From IMG/VR virus record IMGVR_UViG_3300031999_000013: DNA of 64,000 nt. One strand, written 5' to 3'. Below, piece after piece: positions 39,501-46,647 of this stretch (its first letter is position 1; every line of letters starts with the position of its first letter). Source of the DNA: an uncultured virus (IMG/VR IMGVR_UViG_3300031999_000013) (lineage: Duplodnaviria; Heunggongvirae; Uroviricota; Caudoviricetes). The notes under the pieces are model-generated. The model was not told the origin of the DNA. It ran no database searches and worked only from the letters and a program-made list of their open reading frames with translations. A program made the position numbers and the translations under genes.

Positions 39501-42273
39501 GCACGAAACCAGTCGATGGGGCGCGTTCATGGCGGCTCGACGCGCGCAGCGACTACTTGGCGAGGGCAAGGAGAACCTCCTTGAAGCCGATGAGATCGCT
39601 GCTGGCCTCGCGCTTGGGGTGAAGTATCCGATCTTCCAGCAGGTGGCTGACGAATACGCTGCATGGAACAAGCGGTTGCTCGACTTCGCGCAAGAGTCGG
39701 GGATCATCAATGCGGAGACGCGCGCTCTTTGGGAGCACGCGGACTACGTTCCGTTCTACCGCATCAGTGACGATCGCCTGATGGGCGCGCTGGGCCGGAA
39801 CATTGGGCTGGCGAATCAGAAGAACCCCATCAAATCCCTCACGGGCGGCACCGACTATCTGGGCGACATCGTCACCAACATCATGGTGAACATGGTCAAC
39901 CTGATCGACGCATCGGTGAAGAATCGCGCGGCGTTGCTGGCGGTCGACGGGCTTGCCGGATCCGGAAAGATCCAGCTGTCTGCCAACCAAGGCGCGCAGA
40001 CGCTGCATCCGAAGCTGATGGCGCAGATGGTTGGCCCGAACATGATTGACGGAGCTGACATCGGGCCGAAGCTGAAGACGATCCAGAATCAATTTCTCGT
40101 GACGGATGCGGCGCTGACCGCGGCGATCCCCGGCATGACCGCGAACCGCATGACCGCAACGATGACCGGAAACCGAGCCAAGATATCGCTCGCCGAGGTC
40201 AACCAGATCCTCGAAGCGATCGAGACGGTCTCCGGTGCCGGCAACGTCGTGCCGCGCGCAACCGTGCTCACCGACAACGTCATATCGCGGGTCGGGCTGG
40301 CGCGCGAGCAGAAGCTGGTGCCAGCGGCAGAGATCAAGCGCTCGCTGCAGCAGGCCGGCGTGAGCGCGAAGCTGATCAACTCGATACCGCAGGCGGCCTT
40401 CGAGGGGTTGCGCATGATGTGGACCCTGTCGCCGCCCAAGGCGAAGGGAACCTTGTCCGTGATGCGCGATGGCAAGGTGGAGTTCTACCACACGCCAGAC
40501 CAACTGCTCTTCGACGCGATGACCTCGCTCAACATGCCAAGATTTGGATGGTTCGTTGCGGCGCTGCGCTACCCGAAGCGCTTGCTGACGTCGACCATCA
40601 CGCTGGATCCGGGCTTCATGATCGCCAACTTCCTCCGCGACTCCGTGTCGTCGTGGGTTATCGCGCGCGACTGGCAGACGCCATTCGTGCATGCAGCGAA
40701 GGGTGCGGTCGACGCGTATCGCGAGGACAAGGACTTCCGGACGATGATGTCCGCTGGCGCGGCGTTCGAGAACGGCTATCTGAACTACGGCGATCCTGAC
40801 GCAGTACACCGCCTGATGCGCAGGAGCATGCGCAAGAAGGGTTACCGGGCGAGCCTGTTGGATTCACCCAAGAAGCTCTACGAGGCGTATCGCGCGATCG
40901 GCAGCGCCACGGAGAACGCTTCCCGCATGGCAGTGATGCGCGCCGCCAAACGCAACGGCGCGAGCGATGTGAGGGCCGCGTACGAGGCGAAGGATCTGAT
41001 GGACTTCTCGATGGGCGGCTCATCGGAAGTGATTCAGTTCCTCATCCAGACCGTGCCGTTCTTCAATGCGCGTCAGCAAGGCATCTACCGGCTCGGGCGC
41101 GGGGCTGGGCTACGCGGTGAGGGCAGTGCTGGTGCCTTCGCCCTGCGTGGCATGTTGGTGGCTCTGGCGGGCCTTGCGCTGTTCTGGAAGTACAAAGACG
41201 ACGATCGCTACAAAGATCTGGAGGAGTGGGATAAGGACACCAACTTCCACTTCTGGATCGGTGACGAGCACTACCGCCTGCCCAAGCCGTTCGAGGTTGG
41301 AGCGATCTTCAACACGATCCCTGAGCGCGCGGCGGAGTACTTCTTCAACGAGTCGGGCGACGACGAGAAGCTCCTGTGGGACCGCTTCGCGTTCATGGTC
41401 ACGCAGACGTTTGCGTTCAACCCGATCCCGCAGGCATTTGTACCTTTGGTGGAAACCGCTGCCAACTACAACTTTTTCACTGGCCGATCGATAGCAAATG
41501 AGTATGAGATCAGTGCCAAGTTGCCGCAGGACCAGTACCGTTTCTACACGAGCCCCACGATGATCGAGCTGGCGCGCCACATTCCCGGCGAGGTTCAGTT
41601 CCGGGCGCAGAAGCTTTCGTCGCCGCTGTTCCTGCAAAACCTCTACGGAGGATATTTTGGCACGCTGGGACGATACGTCCTCATGGGGTCGGATGCTATT
41701 GTGCGCTCGGGGTTCGGGTATCCGGACATCCCAACGCTCGGTCCGCAGGACTACCCGGTGCTCGGCCGCTTCTCGCGCGGGCCAGATGTGCCACGGCGCA
41801 CGAAGTACGAGGAGCAGTTCTACGATCTGCTCTCCAAGGTGAAGCAGGTCGACGGCAGTTTCAAGTACTACGAGGCGAAGGGGCCAAAGACGCGGGTCCA
41901 AGAGACGTTCGAAAAGTTTGGCGACTACGTGCGGATTTCGGAGGGCGTCAACGATATCCAGAAGGAAGTGACGCAGATCAATTCCGAGATGCGTGACGTG
42001 TACAACTCGACCTCGAAGTCGAGCGATGAAAAGTACACGAAGCTCAACCAAATGCAGGCGAAAAAGAACCTGCTGCTCAAAAAGGGCGCGGCGCTCAGGC
42101 CAAACGCGGTGGAGTCACCTGACGTGCGGTCGAGCGTTCAGAAGAAGCTTTCTTCCGCGGACCCGCCAGAGAAGATTTCGGAGAACATCAAGGGGGTTGC
42201 CCCTACAATGGCGGCGTTGATTTTGGACGTGGCTGGGATGTCCATGCGCGACGCTGAGAGCCTGATGTCATGA
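30592..42273 (+). CDS. 3893-aa large polyvalent (ejected) protein: GGDEF-like, zincin-like metallopeptidase, LPD38-like
   Basis: DKKSGILNKR/IDAD/VND/H..GD/SGDEF; HELFGH...EEIIA; W.KD...H.......RLPKPFE.G. Confidence 0.88.
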   Translation: MNEEELRKLAQEAHQRGDKPHALALANKILELRKASSAPGEPALGTAGDLGKSAEISALMPVSSTLDTLERGSRQFDRTAKGALWSDEGGVLDPVNVKDTMGTALWGANQVLNVGTALAGKAYTAIRGEKPPESKFLSDKMEQLKAERSAPVKAQYDSVMDAANNSDSIIDFVKKAPSPLDAGAGYFHAFVEQIGNTAASMVATKGASMIKAARVRSKMAKLGATSEEVRRQVLKDATAVGVAVGTATEYQMVASQVGQQIDQQMMAMPQSSWDKNEDYKRLREHTTDQEAKQIVTDRLARQYGRIAGVGSALINMPFSTMLAKAGAGKGGLKHWALGTATETVSEGSQEFWEGFNQNLAAQKVDPDTELLKGLGGQAAFGALMGGAMGAVASVSPRSKDEKDLAKAGIDDYEKAVKVRAKLEQTMREPKTYNKMSPAQKIETFRKLEDAQLKENEHFLDVAKGMRKILTRNDAQPEEFDQIDVLEKIARDHIDRITSKREILKTAAEESSRQQAVADQVTELRSARDQGLASIDDEKRWLGSLQHLAGGNVLEEEAAKELLGKKWIRYPDLTKSHAVLTPSGRRAISGLTLSIQNHEGQGARTEAALETVSETKQPVPEVPTERRVNENVDRRAKLEEMKKLDPEAFHREIFVDKKSGILNKRAYVEAEKTPSPHTVSIDADSLAWVNDNMSHLKGDEMLERIGRVLGEEFGEDAYHVSGDEFIVRGDDAAKLEEGMQRAKLRLRRMRVQDAQRVVTPSITWGIGANREAADVVMNEAKVRRLKEGKRADRKLPPVGMRPKPNAAAAAGATTEQTTDVPPVPPDVLASEDNLDDDEAWKEEVTETALTASTFAERMRSMAMKMRNLYKASVGEQRALEDSPTAPQFNTRRLTDLAAEWRILQAQAVDEFEAWRYEVTPDTELNEALVAKARFRYHNLPANIRAVYDGKARDFYSLILAEPFLTGQDAWVIEYTGLLAYRVWDETLLARQLKLPAPMTTIGGGKFTHGIISTSDMAERIRQLVQDSGDAYAENDANNQFLSEFLLSDLRKEATNRNRQLQIKPDEAKWSSIHLQPEGAVRPVTAADVLIYRVERYITKGYESGGQHPFVINQKEMTAYRESDDKLASWYARMHAATDSVMAPGFYDRVAKGRYIEVAVGGKSVRGRVISSTEKALTVEWVGPQAWDPDEGQVSNTARFAKSTGLQISQRVSKDGIPIDEQMFRWPGQARLGRIHVNGHWRTARELSREIDALDKEIENRMPRTLQSWRAGQRKNSATSEEHAAAEAIIRNMTAGINLPADYIYAHSNGTTIPRAMQGWQANRPNARRYGWWDQNDVSDGIHLVLSDIKKGVEAGVFPSFEHGVAETIAHELFGHFGIRGLIGNDPDLINIMKAVVEAFPQEAAYFASEFGYTPQVAGEEIIAALAQRILIDNMKLSTKQLSIWKKFLFWLREAMAKRGWHKWMKGPLAFNDEQLGYMVARAQEALQRSANWKYKHGEGRVSTPLSMRDSDMFQSALLHDMSRFRPTSKAERKAGMPVGVPVIPDEATAGGFLNAFRALIKDKDSAVKQLDLDTAALEEWLENLRNADVLAYAPEQLEQIIGEVPNDVKEFAAGLINPALSVSQGMAVVMGLQEWASKPLHKKARIPSSMIETYLIDAVPEVMVHPAAGYRNGDYNPLVGRDDEGNWLPDPAMDPGNPQGEGVGWWSTALSGKNVRNYLLAQVNPKTRAPYVEPHWTKAPKSKGENVYLHIRVSDTQDAEAVFGTATPAPNPAKTGRAYHVGEVQSTWNQNQGRFIQGEMDKRNTQAMAHMVSRELAAGGLNGLFGEIGRQLAAGVEFGHEKAKKMRAENDGTSTFYRALQKAQLKNYASHIEKTKLEAQRSLRILSEKTISPNDIRWDEFKRLSVMIASYDNLIEILEDKFDPVGRHNPNGALDFPETQESLRSIFGNITQMFLNGNTEHTHAAFLAGDDILFERFANSLLGFFAAGGGLQTGDKKGYDALGDVIEKLKSERALGDSLRIVIPDGVLPWTREIRAQGQVGPAANPFEYVWTSLGLKYSMKDILRGKSLDLGVPLRDADICGDMLMSSTAVSQASNGDMVIDIPWGSNFEANLLERRVAGKIFEAGFREAFADLARLTEHGREEDDRMRTSSIVNVLRNASMRNEEQWADTIAGKMMNTTGHMTAPRHIPRVSTLMSGFPVRALNALAKEDVDVRNQLDNLHLGGIPSLEEFSEDWVGSVLFYYVLNPPEDDPKIWSRISDENGPLDERNTEYLLTLAEVSDTKIPLDEAKSALESARRKWLMDQHLHVSDQDNEHALFVYARQETASRWFNLEGGTVLRTVPRKWDKQTGVVTASYQVYVTAVDTDQEGVFGPTNVKGWFIYDDLYNRIDQDTVFDTDDDMTQVRSEAARKLTTLWMYHEVLPELSVMQSLYGDNLAHHSAHEAIAWLPEKLDWEAVAKNLTEKTQYISVHDPADFKKVYKQVRDAATKSAMGVDQYAVDESVFSHDDVWRTHALKFILMDAIRHGYAKIQWQPGEANTSRGGVSPNLIDNVDSIKFRRAQMDGKEVYVVKYHAEQIYIPTESLDAVFGIDVADFMKKAVPPEGPAIDAPILSVSKAGDRWVVIDKSDRIYQPYNTGAVVATFDTAEEAWGYAGERAAQPGEVQANKPVYMSATRADFNGPINVVLARRSNDKFDPMSSFIPHNARVIQGGRIAYDRALVKTWNKYLKNFGVQISSGAAAVTEEAAQKAIKGEGGRRVNFITPAYENAYPNPRVAKLDGEDLYVLLSDNKQIDNTVYQNEEAAYIALEARIAAWGGSIDREKVNKAIKVHEIVINDALREYFKEGSIPLFHQNPTQPPNRLTAEERLMTKVGVKRQKRPLKQVVGEAMENIRNIAHQRIFDRFHGIRQAFVDAQLWDTVADEKNPYFAARLGTSLDSHVKSALEYGVPVWKNGVFSADGKGLLEVLSPIAHETSRWGAFMAARRAQRLLGEGKENLLEADEIAAGLALGVKYPIFQQVADEYAAWNKRLLDFAQESGIINAETRALWEHADYVPFYRISDDRLMGALGRNIGLANQKNPIKSLTGGTDYLGDIVTNIMVNMVNLIDASVKNRAALLAVDGLAGSGKIQLSANQGAQTLHPKLMAQMVGPNMIDGADIGPKLKTIQNQFLVTDAALTAAIPGMTANRMTATMTGNRAKISLAEVNQILEAIETVSGAGNVVPRATVLTDNVISRVGLAREQKLVPAAEIKRSLQQAGVSAKLINSIPQAAFEGLRMMWTLSPPKAKGTLSVMRDGKVEFYHTPDQLLFDAMTSLNMPRFGWFVAALRYPKRLLTSTITLDPGFMIANFLRDSVSSWVIARDWQTPFVHAAKGAVDAYREDKDFRTMMSAGAAFENGYLNYGDPDAVHRLMRRSMRKKGYRASLLDSPKKLYEAYRAIGSATENASRMAVMRAAKRNGASDVRAAYEAKDLMDFSMGGSSEVIQFLIQTVPFFNARQQGIYRLGRGAGLRGEGSAGAFALRGMLVALAGLALFWKYKDDDRYKDLEEWDKDTNFHFWIGDEHYRLPKPFEVGAIFNTIPERAAEYFFNESGDDEKLLWDRFAFMVTQTFAFNPIPQAFVPLVETAANYNFFTGRSIANEYEISAKLPQDQYRFYTSPTMIELARHIPGEVQFRAQKLSSPLFLQNLYGGYFGTLGRYVLMGSDAIVRSGFGYPDIPTLGPQDYPVLGRFSRGPDVPRRTKYEEQFYDLLSKVKQVDGSFKYYEAKGPKTRVQETFEKFGDYVRISEGVNDIQKEVTQINSEMRDVYNSTSKSSDEKYTKLNQMQAKKNLLLKKGAALRPNAVESPDVRSSVQKKLSSADPPEKISENIKGVAPTMAALILDVAGMSMRDAESLMS

Positions 42274-42587
42274 TTATCACGACGGGTATTTGGCTTTGGA
42301 TCATGGGTTCTGTGATCGCCCTAGTCGGGTGGGAGTGGAAGAAGATGGCGCAACTGCGCGAAGAGTTCGCTATCGTCAAAAAAGAGATGCTGGCGCTGCA
42401 TGCTGAGCACGCGAAGCTGCTGACGGGAAACTCTGTCGAGAACACCGCGGTGCTGCGCGATCTGACGCATGCGGTCGAGCGTCTGTACGACTCGATGGAC
42501 GATCTCGCCCACTACATCCGTTGGCTCGGCGAGGCCGTCACCAACACCAAGCCGCCGCCACCAATTTCCCGCAAGTCGAGATCGTGA
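42270..42587 (+). CDS. single-TM coiled-coil protein (lysis-associated, putative)
   Basis: N-terminal hydrophobic helix; lysis-cassette position. Confidence 0.6.
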   Translation: MIITTGIWLWIMGSVIALVGWEWKKMAQLREEFAIVKKEMLALHAEHAKLLTGNSVENTAVLRDLTHAVERLYDSMDDLAHYIRWLGEAVTNTKPPPPISRKSRS

Positions 42588-42901
42588 CGCCCGTCGATCC
42601 GTGGAACAAGTGGGCACAGCGCATCGATATCTTGCGGGTGTTCCCCCGCGCGATCGTTCTCGGGTACTACATCTTCTTCGTCGACGCGTGGTTCTATGTG
42701 GTCACATGGTTCATGCACTTCGATTGGACCCAGCTCAAAGGCACCGGGGAGGCCACGGCGCTCGCCGTGGCGGCGTTCCCGGCAGCTATCCTTGGTGTGC
42801 TGACCGGCGTACTCTCGGCGCTCACCAAGAGCTACTGGGAAGGCGGTAACAAATGGGATGTCTCAAATGCCCCCAATGATCCTAAGCCTCCTGACCAATA
42901 A
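42584..42901 (+). CDS. holin-like membrane protein
   Basis: GTG start; D..RVFPR followed by two TM segments; upstream of spanins. Confidence 0.6.
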   Translation: MTPVDPWNKWAQRIDILRVFPRAIVLGYYIFFVDAWFYVVTWFMHFDWTQLKGTGEATALAVAAFPAAILGVLTGVLSALTKSYWEGGNKWDVSNAPNDPKPPDQ

Positions 42902-43331
42902 AGGCGTCTGGGTCGGCATCGTCGTTGCGATAATTCTCAGCTTCGTGGCTATTCAGTCGTTGCATCTCAAGCATGCGCACGCGCAGATCGAGGATCTGAA
43001 TGTGCAGCTAAAGGATGCGCGAGCGGCAACAGATGTGGCGATCAACGCCAACGGCACCAACCTCGAAGTGATCAACGCGCTGCAGGATCAGATTCAGACC
43101 ATGATCGAGCAGCGCGCATTCGATGCTGAACAGCGCAAGACGGAGATCGTCAAGCGTGACGCCCTGCTCGTCGCAGCGCGCAAAGAGACCGACACGCTCA
43201 GGAGAAAGATCAATGCCGGCTTCCAGAGCAGCGCAAGCTGCACTTCACTGCAAACGCTTCGCGTGGATACTGCTTGCTCCGATGTTGCTGATCGGCTGCG
43301 CGAGCGAACCGCGAGTCATCACTCGAACTGA
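42867..43331 (+). CDS. inner-membrane spanin (Rz-like)
   Basis: N-terminal TM, coiled coil, C-terminal Cys residues. Confidence 0.75.
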   Translation: MPPMILSLLTNKGVWVGIVVAIILSFVAIQSLHLKHAHAQIEDLNVQLKDARAATDVAINANGTNLEVINALQDQIQTMIEQRAFDAEQRKTEIVKRDALLVAARKETDTLRRKINAGFQSSASCTSLQTLRVDTACSDVADRLRERTASHHSN

Positions 43332-43533
43332 GAAGGTTGAGGTCAAGGTCGAGGTGATCAAACCTCTGCCGGAACAGCTGACCGCGCCGCTTCCCTACCC
43401 CGAGCCACTGGGTGAGACCTTCACCATCGGTGATATCATCGAGTCCCTGATCGGATCGTATGACACGATCGATCAATGCAACCGAGATCGAGCTACCGCA
43501 AAGAGGATTACCGACGATGCCAGCCAAGAGTAG
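43213..43533 (+). CDS. outer-membrane spanin lipoprotein (Rz1-like)
   Basis: GGAG SD, lipobox LIGC, P..LT.P, CN.D; overlaps the i-spanin 3' end. Confidence 0.8.
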   Translation: MPASRAAQAALHCKRFAWILLAPMLLIGCASEPRVITRTEKVEVKVEVIKPLPEQLTAPLPYPEPLGETFTIGDIIESLIGSYDTIDQCNRDRATAKRITDDASQE

Positions 43534-43717
43534 AGCGAACCGCGAGTTCAATCAGTTCGCTGGCGAGGGGCGCAAGTACGCCCCGAAAGACAAGCCGCGC
43601 GAGATGCGCAAGCCGGAAGAATTCCCCGAGCCGCAGACGCCGGAGGAGCCTGACACCTACGTTGAGTCGAGCCCCTATATCGGCGGGAATCGCGTCGTTA
43701 AAACGCGCACCCTTTGA
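43517..43717 (+). CDS. small hypothetical protein (N-terminus MPAKSRANR)
   Basis: GAGG SD; overlapping neighbours. Confidence 0.6.
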   Translation: MPAKSRANREFNQFAGEGRKYAPKDKPREMRKPEEFPEPQTPEEPDTYVESSPYIGGNRVVKTRTL

Positions 43718-43899
43718 CCGCAGTACTAGGCCTGTTCTTCCTGATCGTTGGCGGCGTGAGCTTCATGCCGTTTCCGTTCGCCGGCAGCATCGTCATGCTG
43801 GTCGGCCTGCGAATCATCTGGCTCGGTCGGAACAGCGAGTCGCTTGAGATGTTGTTCTTCTACGGCTCGATCGCGTCGATAGCCTTGCTCTTGGCGTGA
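43714..43899 (+). CDS. small hydrophobic membrane protein
   Basis: Two to three hydrophobic segments; TTGA overlap. Confidence 0.5.
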   Translation: MTAVLGLFFLIVGGVSFMPFPFAGSIVMLVGLRIIWLGRNSESLEMLFFYGSIASIALLLA

Positions 43900-43922
43900 G
43901 GGCTTAGAATGCTTTCACCGTC

Positions 43923-44267
43923 TTAGAAGTAGCGTCGCGATGCCGTTGAGATTCCAACAAGACGCATGATCTCGCGCTCTTTCAGCTCAGCGATCTCCGC
44001 TGCCTGTGATGCGATTGTGGCGTTTAGGCGTTTCTCGTTGTAATCATCGCGTAGCGCGCCACCGAGTTGCGTCTGCTTCAACTGTTCCTTCAGCCGCTCT
44101 ATCTCCGCTGCCTGTGATGCGATGAGGGCGCGTAACTCGTCGCGCTTCGCAGTCAGCCACTCGATATCCGCTGCCTGTGATGCGATGGTCTGCTGCATAC
44201 AGAGCGGGCATAAACTGTCAGCGAGCGCGGTGTCTTTTTCGGCGTAGTCGTGCGGGCAGTCACTCAT
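43923..44267 (-). CDS. hypothetical protein with CPH...CPLC and three IASQAA(E/D)I repeats
   Basis: GGAG SD; internal repeats. Confidence 0.7.
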   Translation of the reverse strand: MSDCPHDYAEKDTALADSLCPLCMQQTIASQAADIEWLTAKRDELRALIASQAAEIERLKEQLKQTQLGGALRDDYNEKRLNATIASQAAEIAELKEREIMRLVGISTASRRYF

Positions 44268-44383
44268 GATGCGTCTCCTAGAGCCTTGTCGATCTCTTTG
44301 ATTCGCTCGATGCCGTACACGTAGGGGCGCACCATGCGCAGCGCCGCCCGCAGCCGCTCGATCTCCGCTGCCTGTGCGGTGAT
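43993..44383. repeat. four copies of a ~23-bp direct repeat AT(C/A)TCCGCTGCCTGTGATGCGAT
   Basis: Copies start at 43993, 44101, 44164 and (degenerate) 44361. Confidence 0.9.
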
Positions 44384-44530
44384 GAGTGCGTCGCGCAATC
44401 TAACCTGTTGGCTGATAAAGAAGTACGCAGAGTTACCATCAATCGCCCTGTTAACAGACGACGCTCCGTACCGGATTGCCGCGGTCATTACTTCGTGGCC
44501 CGGCTTCAATTCCTCTGCTGGGGTGGTCAT
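44264..44530 (-). CDS. hypothetical protein with QAAEIERLR coiled coil (Ead/Ea22-like tail)
   Basis: GGAG SD; overlaps neighbours. Confidence 0.65.
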   Translation of the reverse strand: MTTPAEELKPGHEVMTAAIRYGASSVNRAIDGNSAYFFISQQVRLRDALITAQAAEIERLRAALRMVRPYVYGIERIKEIDKALGDAS

Positions 44531-44856
44531 GGTTTCTCTCCGCGATCTTTGTGAGGATCTCGATACACGACTCCGTCGAACCGCAGCCACTCGCGTGCCT
44601 CGTGCAGCTCGCAGTATTCGATCGACTTCAGGATCGCGTCCTTCAGCCCCACATCATCCGCCACCTTGTACTCATGGGAGCTGTGGAAGTCTCGCTGCGC
44701 GTGGGGCGGGACTGAGTCGGCCGCGCGCCAACTTACCCGAATGCGCACCTTCCAGCAGCGCTCCATCTCCGAGTACTCGGTCGACTCGTAGACGATTTCC
44801 CAGCCCGGCTTGTACGTGACCTTGGGTAGCCGCCCGGCGAAGCTCATTAGCTCCAT
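44527..44856 (-). CDS. hypothetical protein (YKPGW ... E.HEAREWLRFDG..YRDPH)
   Basis: Recognisable recurring phage small-protein motif. Confidence 0.7.
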   Translation of the reverse strand: MELMSFAGRLPKVTYKPGWEIVYESTEYSEMERCWKVRIRVSWRAADSVPPHAQRDFHSSHEYKVADDVGLKDAILKSIEYCELHEAREWLRFDGVVYRDPHKDRGEKP

Positions 44857-45077
44857 TGGGTTGCCGCCAGAAAGTTGTTCAGCCTGCCGTAGTCCTGCAG
44901 CGCGCAATGCTTGATGCCCGGCATGAAATCGTCAACAACTGCGCGCCCCATCTTGATCAGCTTGCGCTGATTGAGGATCTCCATAGCGCAATCTGATATC
45001 AGCGTCATCATCTCCACATCATCGATGTCCTCTGACGTCACAGCGGCGGCGCATCGAACGATAATATCGTCACTCAT
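44847..45077 (-). CDS. hypothetical protein
   Basis: GGAGG SD; tight packing. Confidence 0.6.
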   Translation of the reverse strand: MSDDIIVRCAAAVTSEDIDDVEMMTLISDCAMEILNQRKLIKMGRAVVDDFMPGIKHCALQDYGRLNNFLAATQWS

Positions 45078-45225
45078 GTTCCCTCCGGTTTCGCATGTAT
45101 CGCGCGTGGCACTCCGCGCACTTTGATTGCTTGGTCTGCACTTTGGCCCCACGCGTTCGCGTGTGCTCCTTGCCGCATGTGAAGCATTTGAATGGCGGCT
45201 TCTCGGCGTGCCCCTTCTTGCTCAC
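45070..45225 (-). CDS. small zinc-finger protein (CFTC...CAEC)
   Basis: Two CxxC pairs; GTG start overlapping upstream stop. Confidence 0.6.
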   Translation of the reverse strand: MSKKGHAEKPPFKCFTCGKEHTRTRGAKVQTKQSKCAECHARYMRNRREHE

Positions 45226-45674
45226 TTGAACTCGTCTTTGAAGTCGGCGAGGCGCTGCGCCATGTCGCGCGCCGCCGTCTCCGCCGCATCGCCGTCGCCA
45301 TTGGCGGCAAGCCACTCCGCAACGTTAATCACAATCGGTGGCCCGGATCGATCGCACATATACGGAACGAATAGTTTGCAAAAATCATCGACAAACTTTT
45401 CCGTGAGCGCCTTCATCTCGGGGGTAGCTTCGTCGCCGCCACCGTTCGGATCGCCGTACTCCTCGCCAAGCGCTTCCATCATATGCTCCATGAGTCGGTC
45501 GACCACCCACCACGGTGGAACTACCATCATGCGAACATACTTCTGCAGCTCGACGGTTTCCGGCTCGTCTCCAACATCCCAACCATCTGCCAACTCTTCC
45601 ATCACGGAATCGGGGTCGGTGTGGGTAAGATTCTCTGGGTCGCCGGCCGTCCAGTAAACATCATCCTTTTCCAT
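45222..45674 (-). CDS. acidic hypothetical protein
   Basis: AGGAG SD with ACACAC leader. Confidence 0.7.
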   Translation of the reverse strand: MEKDDVYWTAGDPENLTHTDPDSVMEELADGWDVGDEPETVELQKYVRMMVVPPWWVVDRLMEHMMEALGEEYGDPNGGGDEATPEMKALTEKFVDDFCKLFVPYMCDRSGPPIVINVAEWLAANGDGDAAETAARDMAQRLADFKDEFK

Positions 45675-45871
45675 CGCGTCGTCTCCTGTGTGTGTGGGGT
45701 GGAATCACGACCGGGGTCACCCCCGGCCGGCAAGATCAGCAGCTCGCTTTGTTCGCTCGACTAAGAGCGCAGGAGGCGAGCCCGCGTTCGTGAGGTGAGG
45801 ACTCAAAAACACCTGACGGTAGTTCGTTGCCTCTTGCTGCTCGGGGTTATCTGCGCCACCTCCGGCTGGGC

Positions 45872-46273
45872 TCATTCCTCAACCTCCGCATCGGCGCTGC
45901 CGCGAAACTGTTCGGGGCGTCGCTCGAATGTCTTCTTGGCAGGGGGGGATTTCCCGATCTGCTCGACGAGCTTCGGCGCAAGCCCATCACTCCATGAGCT
46001 TCGAAGCAGCACGACCATCATCGGATTGTCGACGTCGCGCTTCTCTTTCTTGGGTGCCGGCCCGACGACATCAGGCAGCGGCGACACTCCGGTGATCTTC
46101 GCGTAGGTGCGCAGCGTCGTAACAGACAGCTTCATCAGCTCCGCCAAATCCTTGTAGGTTCGCGTCGGCGCTTCTTTGCGGAACCGAGCCAGCGTTGCAA
46201 GAGCCGGCCCAGATCGCTTGCGTGTAGCGTAGCCGCCACGTAACGACTTCGTTGGCGACGCATGAATTTCCAT
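45872..46273 (-). CDS. HTH-containing protein
   Basis: TYKDLAELMKLSVTTLRTY helix-turn-helix. Confidence 0.6.
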   Translation of the reverse strand: MEIHASPTKSLRGGYATRKRSGPALATLARFRKEAPTRTYKDLAELMKLSVTTLRTYAKITGVSPLPDVVGPAPKKEKRDVDNPMMVVLLRSSWSDGLAPKLVEQIGKSPPAKKTFERRPEQFRGSADAEVEE

Positions 46274-46647
46274 TACTTCCATTCCTCCAATACCATTGCC
46301 GCATAGCCGGCCGGGTCGTTCAGTTTGCCCCCGGCAATTTTCGTAAGCGCCATTTTGAAAGCGTCGATCGAGTTCTGCCTTCGGTCTTCGAGCCGATTGC
46401 GTTCGCGGTCGGCCGCCCATTCCGCTTGCCACTTCGCATCGCGCGCGTCTCTTCGAGCCTGCCATGCAACCGGATCATGCTGCTTACAAAAGATCCCCAC
46501 CGTTGCCTTGCGCCCGCACTGGTGCGTCGTGGTGATTCCCCATACCGGGTATGCGCAGTACGCTGGGTCGTACGGTTGGCCGCCGCTGCCGCCAGCGCCG
46601 TAGCCGCCATACTTCTTCAGCGGCAGATCCTTCGATTTGTACATCAT
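46273..46647 (-). CDS. hypothetical protein with C..C..CxxH metal-binding motif
   Basis: CAY...HQCGRK...FCKQH. Confidence 0.65.
   Translation of the reverse strand: MMYKSKDLPLKKYGGYGAGGSGGQPYDPAYCAYPVWGITTTHQCGRKATVGIFCKQHDPVAWQARRDARDAKWQAEWAADRERNRLEDRRQNSIDAFKMALTKIAGGKLNDPAGYAAMVLEEWK

Noticed and set aside
43993..44383. Direct repeats as a mini-CRISPR array
   Set aside because: Irregular spacing (108, 63, 197 bp), in frame within coding sequence, not palindromic, no cas genes
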